Shown piece by piece: positions 16,028 through 25,447 of a DNA stretch of 64,000 nt (its first letter is position 1; the number at the start of each line of letters is the position of its first letter). The DNA is from a virus (Duplodnaviria > Caudoviricetes). Both the position numbers and the translations under genes were made by a program. The DNA lies in IMG/VR virus record IMGVR_UViG_3300018089_000001, positions 64,001-128,000 of that record. The stretch is one strand, 5' to 3'. Below the pieces are notes generated by a model. It did no database searches. It was not told the origin of the DNA and saw nothing but the letters and a program-made list of their open reading frames with translations.

Positions 16028-18382
16028 TCAGCTGCCGAAGGCCACCCCGGCCGCCGAGATGATGAAGTCGACGGTGATGTACTCCGCCGCCTTCACGGGC
16101 TCGAGGAAGATCTTGCCCCTCATCTCGTTCCGGTCGATCACGTCGCTCGTGTTCGTGGTGGAGTCCATCACGACCTTGAAGCGGTTGATGCCGCGGTCAC
16201 GCCGGTACCCCTCGAGGATCGGGTTGACCGCGTTGACGAAGCGGGTCCAGTTGGGCGGCGAGTTGGGCTCGAAGACCAGCTGACGGGCCTCGGCGGCGAC
16301 CGCCCGCTTGGCCAGGATGAGGAGGCGACGCACGTTGATCCGATCGAGGGCCGAGGGCCGGAGCTGCAGGGTCTTCTGCCCGAAGACCACGATGCCCTCG
16401 TTGGGGAACCGGGTGATCGGGTTGATGCGGGCGTCGTACAGCGCGTCCCGGTCACCGTGGTCCAGGCGGTCCACGATGTCCGTGACGTTGAACTGGGCGA
16501 GGCCCCCGCGGTTGAGGCCGGCGGGGGCGAAGAACGCCTGGGCGACGCGGTCCGTCAGGGCGAGCGCCCCGAGCACGCCGACCGAGGGCGGGACCCGGAC
16601 CACCTTCCCGGAGGGGAGGGGCTCGGTGTACCAGAGGTCGGGGTAGTAGGCCGCCGTGTAGTTGTCGTCGATCTCCCGGGCCGCCAGGTTCGCGATGACC
16701 TCCTGTCGGGTCGAGCCGGTCAGGTCCATCACGTAGAACATGTCGCGGCGGGCGTTGACCAGGCTCCGGGCATAGTCCGTGACGGCCAGGTTGTGCTGGC
16801 CCGGCAGGGCGATGACGTCCGATCCGATCATGTCCGGGTTGGCCACCGTGTCGAGGGCCCTCTTGAGGGCCACCACGCCGATGACTCCGTCCGTGTCTGA
16901 GTTGTTCAGGTACAGCGGGTCGGTGACCCGGAGGTCGAACCCGTCGAAGCCCCCGTAGAAGGGCATGGCGAAGCTCTGGAGTGAGCCCGAGGCGAGGATG
17001 GGCGCGTACCGGTTCCAGCCGGCCTGGTAGGCGTACCGGAGGTTGCCGTTGATGTACGAGCTCGTCAGGTTGGCGAGCGTGAAGTCGGGGTCGGAGGCCG
17101 TCAGGAACGAGGTGAGGACCCCGTCGGCCTCGGCCGTCATGCGGAAGCCGACGCCGCCGGAGACGAAGGAGACGCCCCAGACGATGCCCGGGTTGAAGTT
17201 CCCGTTCGCGTCGAACTGGTTCGGCGTGTAGGGGAGGGACGGGACGTTGGCGATGCCCAGCCCGAGCCCGTTGCCGATATTGGAGCCCGAGTAGAGGGCC
17301 TTCGGGTAGCCCCGGAAGCCGAACGGGATCGCCTGCGGCGGGAAGTTCGCGTTGGAGTTGAGCTCGACCCTGATCAGGGAGCTCCTGTTGTCGAACCGGC
17401 CCTGGGTCCTGATGAACTTGCGGGTGGCGGTGTCGAAGGACTCGTGGGCGTCCCCGATCCGCTTCAGGATGTAGTTCGGGGAGCCCGGGTCGAGTGAGAG
17501 GTTCGCGAAGCGCTCGAGCTCGACCGGCCGGAGGTCGGTGTCGCCGAAGCCGCGGACGATGACGTCGAAGCTGCCGAACGGCTGGCTGGAGGGCGCGGAA
17601 CTGGGCCGCACGTTGGCGACCACCACCTTGAACTGGCGGTTCGTGGCGCGACCGGAGCCGAGCGTCCAGAAGCGGAAGAGGTCGTACTCCGATCCGCCGA
17701 TCGGCTGCGACTTGACCCACGTCGTCTGCCCGTCGGAGTAGTCGCGGGTGAACGTGGTGAAGGACGAGCTGATCCCCTGGACCGGGTACCAGGAGGCGCT
17801 GGCCGCCTGCTTCTGGTACGGGAAGAGCTGGTAGACGTAGTGCCCGTACGTCGAGTGCTTCGTCGGGTCCGTGTTCAGGGACTTCCCGACGTAGTCGTCG
17901 GACGACGTCAGGAAGCTCGCGGTGACCGCGAAGGTCGTGCCGACCCGGAAGACGAAGCGGTTGGCGTCGCCGGCGACGCCTGACACCGTGACCGCGGCGA
18001 ACGAGGCGGTCGTGTGGATGACCGCCAGGATCGACCCGGTGGTCCCGATCGTCCCGGACGTGTCCGTGATCCCGATCGAGTTGATCCCCGTGAAGCCGTT
18101 CGTGGTCGTGGTCCCGTCGGCGTGGCCGAGGACCCGGACGACGGTGAGTGAGGTGGAGTTCGCCAGGTACGCCTTGGCGGCGTAGGGGACGAAGAGCCCC
18201 TCCTGCGTGCCACCGAAGACGTTCGTGAACTGTGTGAAGTCCTGCACGGTGGTCGGCACGAAGGCCGGTCCCTGCAGCGTCCTGCCGATCAGGACCGCCC
18301 CGGGGAGGGCCACGGCCTGCTGGAGGAACGACTGGTCGATCTCGTTGGTCTCGACCCCGGGGGACTTGAAGGTCTGCGGCAT
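16028..18382 (-). CDS. gp18: Tail sheath protein (T4 gp18-like)
   Basis: FKSPGVETNEIDQS, FFAPAGLNRG, RDALYDARINPI, FGQKTLQ..SALDRINVRRLL, IFLEPVKAAEYI. Confidence 0.95.
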   Translation of the reverse strand: MPQTFKSPGVETNEIDQSFLQQAVALPGAVLIGRTLQGPAFVPTTVQDFTQFTNVFGGTQEGLFVPYAAKAYLANSTSLTVVRVLGHADGTTTTNGFTGINSIGITDTSGTIGTTGSILAVIHTTASFAAVTVSGVAGDANRFVFRVGTTFAVTASFLTSSDDYVGKSLNTDPTKHSTYGHYVYQLFPYQKQAASASWYPVQGISSSFTTFTRDYSDGQTTWVKSQPIGGSEYDLFRFWTLGSGRATNRQFKVVVANVRPSSAPSSQPFGSFDVIVRGFGDTDLRPVELERFANLSLDPGSPNYILKRIGDAHESFDTATRKFIRTQGRFDNRSSLIRVELNSNANFPPQAIPFGFRGYPKALYSGSNIGNGLGLGIANVPSLPYTPNQFDANGNFNPGIVWGVSFVSGGVGFRMTAEADGVLTSFLTASDPDFTLANLTSSYINGNLRYAYQAGWNRYAPILASGSLQSFAMPFYGGFDGFDLRVTDPLYLNNSDTDGVIGVVALKRALDTVANPDMIGSDVIALPGQHNLAVTDYARSLVNARRDMFYVMDLTGSTRQEVIANLAAREIDDNYTAAYYPDLWYTEPLPSGKVVRVPPSVGVLGALALTDRVAQAFFAPAGLNRGGLAQFNVTDIVDRLDHGDRDALYDARINPITRFPNEGIVVFGQKTLQLRPSALDRINVRRLLILAKRAVAAEARQLVFEPNSPPNWTRFVNAVNPILEGYRRDRGINRFKVVMDSTTNTSDVIDRNEMRGKIFLEPVKAAEYITVDFIISAAGVAFGS

Positions 18383-18466
18383 CTAGTGGGTTTCCTCGCC
18401 GAAGCGGTCACGGGGGTGCGACCCCGGCGCTAAATAGCGGCCCAGGTCGGGCAAGGCCGCCGGGCA

Positions 18467-19381
18467 TCACTTCGGGGTCCCGAAGATGCGGTCGAGGTCC
18501 GCCGGGTCGTCCACGAAGTGGACCTCCTCGTCGTTTAGCTCGACCGTGAAGGCCGTCCGCTCGACCTGGACGGCCGGCCGCTCGCCCTCCGGATCGAGCA
18601 GCAGGGCGGCGGGGACGCTGAAGTTGAACCTCAGCTGCAGGATCCGCTCCTGATCGGTGAACTCATCGATGTTCCCGGAGTCGCCGATGTCCCCCTCGAT
18701 GTAGCCGACCACGTAGTACTGGGAGAGCGGCCGCCGGTCCTCGTACGGGGAGTGGAACTCCGGCTCGAGCTCCGTGGATCCTCGGCCGCGCGTTATCCCG
18801 GACTCGCGGTCGTCACCGGTGAGGCTGATGACGAAGGAGGGGACGTCGAAGAACTCGAGCTTCGAGAGGACCTTCTCGATCACCTCGTTCATGTGGGTCT
18901 GGTACTGGCACTGGGCCGTTACCTGGTAGCGGAGCAGGTTGGTCGTCGGGAACGGCACCGTGTACACGTCGTAGACGGCCCCCTCCCTCAGGCGACGGGA
19001 GGAGAGGGGGCGGGCCGCGTCGAGGTTCGCGAGGGCCGTCGTCTTCTCCGAGACGAGGCGGGCCACCTGCAGCCGGGGCACGTTGGCCCCGAGCGCGGTC
19101 ATCCCGCTCGTCGCGTCGATCCCGGTCCGCCGGACCTGGATGACGGGGAGGATGAGGCGGCCGTCGCGGTCCCGGATCCCCTGCCTGTCCGCCGCGGCGA
19201 CCCAGCGCTCGCCGGCGGAGAACTTGACAGTGACCTTGCGCCGGTCGCCCTGGGGGGTCGTCACATGGACGTCCGCGGTGCGATCGAACCAGTGCACCAC
19301 CCCGCGGTCGACGTCCTCGATGCGGACGACCCGATGGGTGATCGGGAGCGTACGCGGGCCTAGTCCCGGGTCATTCGCCAT
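18467..19381 (-). CDS. Tail terminator/sheath stabiliser (gp15-like)
   Basis: IEDVDRGV..F, AGERW, RDRDGRLILPVI; lies between neck and sheath genes. Confidence 0.7.
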   Translation of the reverse strand: MANDPGLGPRTLPITHRVVRIEDVDRGVVHWFDRTADVHVTTPQGDRRKVTVKFSAGERWVAAADRQGIRDRDGRLILPVIQVRRTGIDATSGMTALGANVPRLQVARLVSEKTTALANLDAARPLSSRRLREGAVYDVYTVPFPTTNLLRYQVTAQCQYQTHMNEVIEKVLSKLEFFDVPSFVISLTGDDRESGITRGRGSTELEPEFHSPYEDRRPLSQYYVVGYIEGDIGDSGNIDEFTDQERILQLRFNFSVPAALLLDPEGERPAVQVERTAFTVELNDEEVHFVDDPADLDRIFGTPK

Positions 19382-19390
19382 GGAATGGAA

Positions 19391-19918
19391 TTAGGGGATG
19401 TCGTCGGCGAGCGTGCGCGGGGGCCGGGGCTCGATCGGATGGGTGTTGTCGACCCCGTCGGAGCGGACGCTGTCGACCTTGAACTGGCCCTCGCGCGACG
19501 GGACGCAGGTCAGCTCGTACTTGAGCTTGTCGTTGACCTGTCCGAAGACCGGCTGGGCGTGCCGCACGCTGGTGACCTCGAAGACCACCTGCCCGTACTC
19601 GACGAAGTCGCCCTCCCGTGGGTTCAGGTTCCGCTGCCGGCACTCCTCGGAGTGCAGGATGACCCGCGCCGTGAAGGTCGAGTCGATGGTGCCGCCCTTG
19701 GCGACCGCCGGTCCCTGATCGAACTCGACGCGGGCGTTGATCCTGACGGGCTGGAGGTACTCCTTCGTGACGGCCTCGTCGTAGACGTCGTGCACCCTCG
19801 ACTCCTCGTAGGAGATGCCGTAGTAGATCACCTCCTGCTGGACGGTCCCCTGGATCAGCTCGCGGTTCCACGAGTCGATCAGGCGTAGCTCCCGGGTCGT
19901 GATGAACTTACGGGCCAC
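19391..19918 (-). CDS. Neck/head closure protein (gp14-like)
   Basis: ELIQGTVQQEVIYY, VYDEA, PREGDFVEYGQVVFEV. Confidence 0.75.
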   Translation of the reverse strand: MARKFITTRELRLIDSWNRELIQGTVQQEVIYYGISYEESRVHDVYDEAVTKEYLQPVRINARVEFDQGPAVAKGGTIDSTFTARVILHSEECRQRNLNPREGDFVEYGQVVFEVTSVRHAQPVFGQVNDKLKYELTCVPSREGQFKVDSVRSDGVDNTHPIEPRPPRTLADDIP

Positions 19919-20728
19919 TCACTTCCCCCTCTTGGGTGGGAAGAGGGGCTGCTCCTCGCCCTCCTCCCCCCTACGCTTGCGGACGCCGGGGACGTACTCG
20001 CGATCATGCTTCGCGAGCTTCGCCGAGAAGCCCGTGTTCCTTCCGCCGCCGGCCCCGGTCGGCCGCTCCGGCTCGTCCTCACTGGCCCGGCGGACGTTCT
20101 GGCCGACGCGCGGGACCGGTTGGGCAGGAGGCAGCGGGGTCTCTGGCTCCTGTGGCTCGGGCTTCTCGGGCTGCGGCCGGTGTCGGAGTGCGAGCGGGTC
20201 CCGGCCGGCCATCAGGTCCTCGAGCCTGGCCGCGCGCTCCTCGAACCGACCCTGGCTGGGGGCCCAGGCGATGCGAGTCATGACGTCGCCCTCGGCCCGC
20301 ATGAGCACGTCGTAGGTGTCCATCGCGGAGGGACGCATCTCGTGGGACTGGTCCCTCCGTCCGGGCTGGTAGACAACCCGGCCGCCGTAGCTCCGCTTCA
20401 TCACGGTGCCGCCGCGGGGGGTCCCGGGGTACTGCGAGACCCGGGCGGTGTCCGTCGCCGCCTTGGCCAGGGCGGAATTGGGGTTCGACTGCCAGCCACC
20501 CCAGCCCTTCCGGTCGAAGTCGTACGCGCAGTCGATCGCCCCGCCGGCCGGCTTGAGTTGCATGAGGGCCTTCCGGCGCCTCTCGCCCTTCTCCATGGAG
20601 TGGTCGGGGTCGATGATGTTGCTGAAGAGCGAGATCAGGTTCTCGAAGGTCCAGCCGCTGACCCCGCGGTACTCGGCGGCCTCGATCAGCAGCAGGGCCT
20701 CGCGGAGGGCGCCCCATGTGTTCGTCAT
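19919..20728 (-). CDS. Hypothetical, possible internal head protein
   Basis: MTNTWGALREALLLIEA N-terminus; inserted between neck genes. Confidence 0.6.
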   Translation of the reverse strand: MTNTWGALREALLLIEAAEYRGVSGWTFENLISLFSNIIDPDHSMEKGERRRKALMQLKPAGGAIDCAYDFDRKGWGGWQSNPNSALAKAATDTARVSQYPGTPRGGTVMKRSYGGRVVYQPGRRDQSHEMRPSAMDTYDVLMRAEGDVMTRIAWAPSQGRFEERAARLEDLMAGRDPLALRHRPQPEKPEPQEPETPLPPAQPVPRVGQNVRRASEDEPERPTGAGGGRNTGFSAKLAKHDREYVPGVRKRRGEEGEEQPLFPPKRGK

Positions 20729-20782
20729 GGCTTCGGTTCTCTCCAGAGTTTGTCCGGGGGCCTCCCCCTATAGATCCTGTGA

Positions 20783-21091
20783 TCAGGACGGCCCATAGTC
20801 GTCCTCCCCCGCGGGGGACTCGCGGTCGAATGAGGGGGTAAACTGACACTGGGTGGGGATCACGCCGGAGTCATCGAGGACCTCCCTGATCGCCCCCATG
20901 AGCCCAGTCAGGGCGACGCCGTCCCGACTGGGAAACGCCTTCACACCGTGTCTGGCGGCGTTAGCCGCCAGGTCCTGGGGTTTACAGAAGGCCATGGCCT
21001 CGTTGGGGACGAAGCACCGCTCCGCGGTGGACTCCCTGCCGCCGCCCGGGGTGTCCAGGAAAGCCTCCATGAGGAATCTCTTGTGGTTCAT
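20783..21091 (-). CDS. Hypothetical, possible internal head protein
   Basis: MNHKRFLMEAFL N-terminus; lower GC. Confidence 0.6.
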   Translation of the reverse strand: MNHKRFLMEAFLDTPGGGRESTAERCFVPNEAMAFCKPQDLAANAARHGVKAFPSRDGVALTGLMGAIREVLDDSGVIPTQCQFTPSFDRESPAGEDDYGPS

Positions 21092-21098
21092 GTCAGTC

Positions 21099-22271
21099 TC
21101 ATCCCGTGTACACCTTTAGTGGTATGCCGCTGAGGACCCGCAGCAGGGACTCGGCCTGCTGGGCCTCCTTCTCGGCGAGCTTCTCGTAGGTCATCGACTC
21201 CAGGAGGTCCCGGAGCTCTCCCCGGAGGGCGTCCATCTCCGTCCGGGCGTCGCCGACGAGGTCGGCGCCGTCCAGCTGGAGGGTCTCCCCGCCGGCGACC
21301 GGCACGCCGAGCATCTTTCGCCTGATCAGACCCAAGACCTCCTTCGAGAGGGCGAGGGTCATCTTCCAGATCCACTGGCGGCCGATCGAGTTGATCTTGG
21401 AGTACTGGATGTTCCCGAAGGGGATGTCGGAGACGTTCGACACGCCGAAGGACATGGAGTCGCTCGGGTCTAGCGGAAACAGCGACGGGTCGAGCAGGTT
21501 GTACGTGAAGAAGAGGTTCAGGTCCTGCGTGGGGACGGGGAGGATCCTGAGCTGGTTGTTCGCCCCGTGCAGCTCGTAGCTGTAGTTCGAGCGCCTCACC
21601 TTGTTGGAGAGCTCGAACTGGGAGCCGCGGAGCACGTCCTCCCAGACCGGGAGGAGGTAGAAGACGCTCTCGGGCGTGAAGCTCTGGAAGTTGAACTGTC
21701 CGTTCAGGTAGTTGATCGCGGCGGTCGTGCCGAAGAACCTGAAGCTGGCGAAGGGGGAGAAGTGGAAGACCTGCCGGAGGATCATGTGGGCGGGCAGCCC
21801 GTCGCTCCCGGTGGGCCCGACGAGGGCCTGGAGGTCGTAGTCCTGGACGCCCGCCTTCATGAGGATGGACCCGCTGTAGAGGGTCCGGTCGCCGCCGACG
21901 TAGGCCTCCTCGCCGAACGGCTGGGCCTGCCGGCGGGCCCACTCGAGCGAGCCCCGCGGGTAGCGGTTCTGCCCCCCCGAGAGGGTCCCGGTCGCTGAGC
22001 CGAGGAACGAGGCCATCGAGGACTTCGCCTGATAGGCGTTGACGATGGCCCCGTACTCCACGGCGGCCTCCTCGAAGCACGTGTAGACGTCGGTGGCCGA
22101 GAGCTCGACCTGGACGTGACGCTCGTCCTCCTCGGACTCGGTGGGGAGCGGACGGGCGAACCCGCCGCCGAGCTTGACGGAGACGTACCTGACGAGACGG
22201 TCGGCGTCGGCCTGGAAGCTCGGGTCGGAGTCGAAGACCCCGAACGCGGTTGAGCCCGTGGTGAACGGCAT
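21099..22271 (-). CDS. Neck/head-tail adaptor (gp13-like)
   Basis: KLGG...VELS..CFEEA..EY, GVQDYDL, IGRQWIWKMTLALSKEVLGLIRRK, PLKVYTG. Confidence 0.8.
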   Translation of the reverse strand: MPFTTGSTAFGVFDSDPSFQADADRLVRYVSVKLGGGFARPLPTESEEDERHVQVELSATDVYTCFEEAAVEYGAIVNAYQAKSSMASFLGSATGTLSGGQNRYPRGSLEWARRQAQPFGEEAYVGGDRTLYSGSILMKAGVQDYDLQALVGPTGSDGLPAHMILRQVFHFSPFASFRFFGTTAAINYLNGQFNFQSFTPESVFYLLPVWEDVLRGSQFELSNKVRRSNYSYELHGANNQLRILPVPTQDLNLFFTYNLLDPSLFPLDPSDSMSFGVSNVSDIPFGNIQYSKINSIGRQWIWKMTLALSKEVLGLIRRKMLGVPVAGGETLQLDGADLVGDARTEMDALRGELRDLLESMTYEKLAEKEAQQAESLLRVLSGIPLKVYTG

Positions 22272-22756
22272 CAGACCCTCTCCTTCTCACGCTGCGAGTC
22301 GTGGAGCCAGTCCCAGGGGCCCCGGAGCGTGGGGGCGTGTCCCACGAACGCCCTGACGGGCATCCCGATCGCCGCGTACGCGAGTGACCTGTGGTGGCCG
22401 TCGACAACCATGAGCGTCTTCTTCCCGGGGCGGGCCATCAGGATCACCGGCTTCTTCCAGCCCCCCTCGATGCGCTTGGCGAACCGCTTCACCTTCTTCC
22501 GTTCCTTCCAGGCCCGCCACTCGCGGTGGTTCGAGTAGTCGATCTCGTCGAGCGGGACGTCCACGGGCCCCTCCCAGTCGACCCCGCTGATCCAGTCGAG
22601 GGCCTCCGGCGGGTAGTCGAACTCCAGTTGGGCGATGACCTCGCGGGTCGGTGACTCGGCCGACGGGACGTCCTCCTCGCTCACGGGTCCCTCCTCGAGG
22701 ACGTCCCGGGCGATGCGGACCCACGCGGGGGTCATGAGGGGGCCGATGGGTCCCAA
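22271..22756 (-). CDS. ParB/Srx-like domain protein
   Basis: KPVIL...VVDGHHRSLA motif. Confidence 0.75.
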   Translation of the reverse strand: MGPIGPLMTPAWVRIARDVLEEGPVSEEDVPSAESPTREVIAQLEFDYPPEALDWISGVDWEGPVDVPLDEIDYSNHREWRAWKERKKVKRFAKRIEGGWKKPVILMARPGKKTLMVVDGHHRSLAYAAIGMPVRAFVGHAPTLRGPWDWLHDSQREKERV

Positions 22757-22762
22757 GCGTCC

Positions 22763-23224
22763 TCAGGGCTGGTCAGAGTACTCGGTCATCACGACGGTGG
22801 AGCCCGAGAGGGTCCCGCTGCCGAACCACGCCACGTTGATCGGTCCGGTGTAGGTGGGCAGCCGACCCTCGAAGTCCAGGGAGGGCGTGGTCCCCTGGTT
22901 GCCCTTCAGGGTGACGGTCCCCTGGATGAGGTTGTCCCAGTGGGACGCGACTGTCGGCGGGTTAGTCCGCGGGTCGAACGTGTTGCCGTGGGCCAGACCG
23001 AGGTCCAGTGAACCTGAGTTCAGGAGGGTGTACCTGACCCGATTGAGGTTCCTGGGTGCCAGCTGGACGGACCCCGTCATGGTGCCGCCGGGGTGATAGA
23101 AGATGTACACGCTCGCCGAGGAGACCTGCTGGATGACGCGCAGGTACACCGTGGCCGGCTGGTTCGCGATGTTCGCGGAGCCGGAGATCGGATACTGGGT
23201 TACGGCGTCGCCGAGGTGGGGCAT
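22763..23224 (-). CDS. Putative virion protein
   Basis: 153 aa beta-type, SGS-rich, downstream of the capsid gene. Confidence 0.55.
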   Translation of the reverse strand: MPHLGDAVTQYPISGSANIANQPATVYLRVIQQVSSASVYIFYHPGGTMTGSVQLAPRNLNRVRYTLLNSGSLDLGLAHGNTFDPRTNPPTVASHWDNLIQGTVTLKGNQGTTPSLDFEGRLPTYTGPINVAWFGSGTLSGSTVVMTEYSDQP

Positions 23225-23227
23225 CGC

Positions 23228-23539
23228 TCAGTCCACGTCGTAGAGGAAGCTGCCGGAGAGCGTGACCTCCTGGCCGGCGCTCGGGCCGGAGCCCGAGAAC
23301 GCGACGTGGAGGAGGCCGGGGGTCGGCAGGGAGGCGGTCAGCAGGGTGAAGCCCTGGACGAACGCCCCGGTGACGACGTCGGGGAAGGTCAGCTTGGGGA
23401 AGCTGAAGGCCGGGGGCGTGTTCGCCGGAACGGGACCGGCGAGCCGCCAGGAGACGGGGACCTGGGTGAGGTCGATGTCGACCGACCCGGCGCCGTCGGA
23501 GATCAGCTCGATCATGAAGCCGAGGGGGACCCTGTACAT
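23228..23539 (-). CDS. Hypothetical protein (103 aa)
   Basis: ORF preceded by the motif ATAGGTACAGACC-ATG. Confidence 0.55.
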   Translation of the reverse strand: MYRVPLGFMIELISDGAGSVDIDLTQVPVSWRLAGPVPANTPPAFSFPKLTFPDVVTGAFVQGFTLLTASLPTPGLLHVAFSGSGPSAGQEVTLSGSFLYDVD

Positions 23540-23594
23540 GGTCTGTACCTATGGCCCCCGCGGCCAAGGGGGCGGCGACCCCAGAGACTACGAA

Positions 23595-23620
23595 GGCCCC
23601 GTGGATCGCTCCGCGGGGCC
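23595..23620 (-). terminator. Terminator after the major capsid gene
   Basis: GGCCCCGCGGA-GCGA-TCCACGGGGCC (one mismatch) followed by TTCGT. Confidence 0.65.
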
Positions 23621-23660
23621 CGTCCGTGATCACCGGCCTCAGGTCAGGCCGGCCGCTGGC

Positions 23661-25400
23661 TCACGGGAAGACCAGGTCCATGACGGTGACGGTGCCGTAG
23701 AAGTCGCTCCTGACGAGCTGCTTCGCGTACCGGGTCATGACGCCCTTGGTCGGCGTCAGGTCGTCGTACTTGTAGACGACCGGCGTGACGATCAGGGGCA
23801 CGTACGGGGCGTACACGAACCCGGTCTCGAGGAAGCTCGAGCCCTTGTAGCCCATCAGGATCTTGTTCTTCGGGAAGTACGGGTCCTTGTAGACCGTGTA
23901 CCGCGCGTTGAGGGTCCCGATCCGCTCCGTCCCCACCTGCATGGTGGTGTTGTTGGTGTCGGAGGCGTCCATGACCGGCTTGTACAGGACGCTGGCCTCG
24001 AGGATGGTCGAGACGCTCGGTGAGGTCACGACGAAGTTCGCCGCGCCGCGGAGGGTCTTCGTCAGGATCGCGTTGCCGACGTCGATCATGACCTCGATCA
24101 GGGTCTCGTACCACTCGCGGACGGTACCGGTGAAGGTCGCGCCCGTAGCGGTGTTGCCCGTGGTCTTGTCGAGGAACTTGCCGGGGGCGCGGCTCCAGAA
24201 GTAGTTCGCGCCGGTCGCCCGGAAGAGGAGCTCCGCGAGGATCTCGCGGTCGATCTCGAGGGCGATCTGCTCGGAGAGCACCTGGGTCAGCTCGACCTCG
24301 GCGTCCAGGTTCTGGTATGCGGCCAGGTCCTGGGCGAGCTCCGGGGTCCAGCGGGCCTTCAGCTTGCGGCTCTTGGCGGTGACGGCCACCGACTCGATCC
24401 GGAAGTCCAGCTCCGGGATGTTGGGCATCGCCGTGGGCTGGCCGAGGTCAGACTCATTGGCGTCCAGCACCAGGGTGCCGGAGGTGCCGCCGGTCAGGGT
24501 CGGCGAGACCGGGTAGCTGAGCTTGAGGCCCGTTCCGCCGGCGCCCGCGCCGGCGACGTTGCCCGCCACGTCCGCGGCGGTGCCGGAGACGATGAAGACC
24601 AGGTCGTTGCCGACGGCCTTGGTGAACCGGCGGAAGACCTTGATGCCCGAGGCGGTCGAGACGCCGAACCGGACGGGGGTACCGTCGGTGGTCGACGTGA
24701 AGGAGGTCGAGGTGCCCGAGAGCGGGACGACCATCTTCAGCTCGGCCGCGTTGGTCAGGGCGCCCGAGGCCTGGAGGGCCGCGAAGCCATTGACGACCGT
24801 CAGCTTAGCGAAGCCGGTGGTGCCGAGCGTGTTGGCCCCGCCGTTGGCGATGGAACTCGAGAGCTCCGCGTCGTACTCGATGTCCGCGAGGCTGCAGGAC
24901 GCGAACGTGCCCGAGAAGAGCGCGGTCCCGACCTTCTCACGGAGGGAGTACGAGGGTGAGTAGTTGTACGGTCCGCCGGACCCCTTGGCGTCCTGCAGAG
25001 AGTTCCGGTCGCCGAAGAGCGAGCCGCCCGTCGTGAAGTCGTCGGCCTGGTCGCCGGCCTTCAGCGTGTCGTACCGGTAGTCCATGTAGAAGAGCAGGCC
25101 CGAGGGCAGGCTCATCGGCTGGACCGAGACGAGCTCGTTGGCGATCAGTCCGGCGAACACGCGCCGGACGATCGGGAAGGCGACGTTCTGGAAGCCGATG
25201 ATGTCGGCCGTGGACGACGCCTCCTTGAGGAGGTGGACCAGCTGGTTCTCCATGAGGCGGGCGCACATGGCCCCCCGCTTGGAGTCGAGGCCCTCGAGCA
25301 GCCCGGTCTTCTGCCACTTGGCGTAGATCCGCTGCCCCTCCTTGATGAGGTTCCGCTCGACGACGTCGGCGGACATCTCCCTGAGAAGTGAGTTACGCAT
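23661..25400 (-). CDS. gp23: Major capsid protein (T4 gp23-like)
   Basis: KWQKTGLLEGL, PIVRRVF..LIANELVSVQPMSLPSGLLF, AKSRKLKARWTPELAQDL, GFVYAPYVPL, GVMTRYA. Confidence 0.97.
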   Translation of the reverse strand: MRNSLLREMSADVVERNLIKEGQRIYAKWQKTGLLEGLDSKRGAMCARLMENQLVHLLKEASSTADIIGFQNVAFPIVRRVFAGLIANELVSVQPMSLPSGLLFYMDYRYDTLKAGDQADDFTTGGSLFGDRNSLQDAKGSGGPYNYSPSYSLREKVGTALFSGTFASCSLADIEYDAELSSSIANGGANTLGTTGFAKLTVVNGFAALQASGALTNAAELKMVVPLSGTSTSFTSTTDGTPVRFGVSTASGIKVFRRFTKAVGNDLVFIVSGTAADVAGNVAGAGAGGTGLKLSYPVSPTLTGGTSGTLVLDANESDLGQPTAMPNIPELDFRIESVAVTAKSRKLKARWTPELAQDLAAYQNLDAEVELTQVLSEQIALEIDREILAELLFRATGANYFWSRAPGKFLDKTTGNTATGATFTGTVREWYETLIEVMIDVGNAILTKTLRGAANFVVTSPSVSTILEASVLYKPVMDASDTNNTTMQVGTERIGTLNARYTVYKDPYFPKNKILMGYKGSSFLETGFVYAPYVPLIVTPVVYKYDDLTPTKGVMTRYAKQLVRSDFYGTVTVMDLVFP

Positions 25401-25447
25401 TCCTGTCTCTCCTGAGTTCCTGTCGGACGTCTAGCGTTCCGGGCGGA

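Noticed and set aside
2409-18382. Bacterial contractile injection system or tailocin locus
   Set aside because: Contiguous with capsid, portal, terminase and replication genes, so it is a phage tail module.
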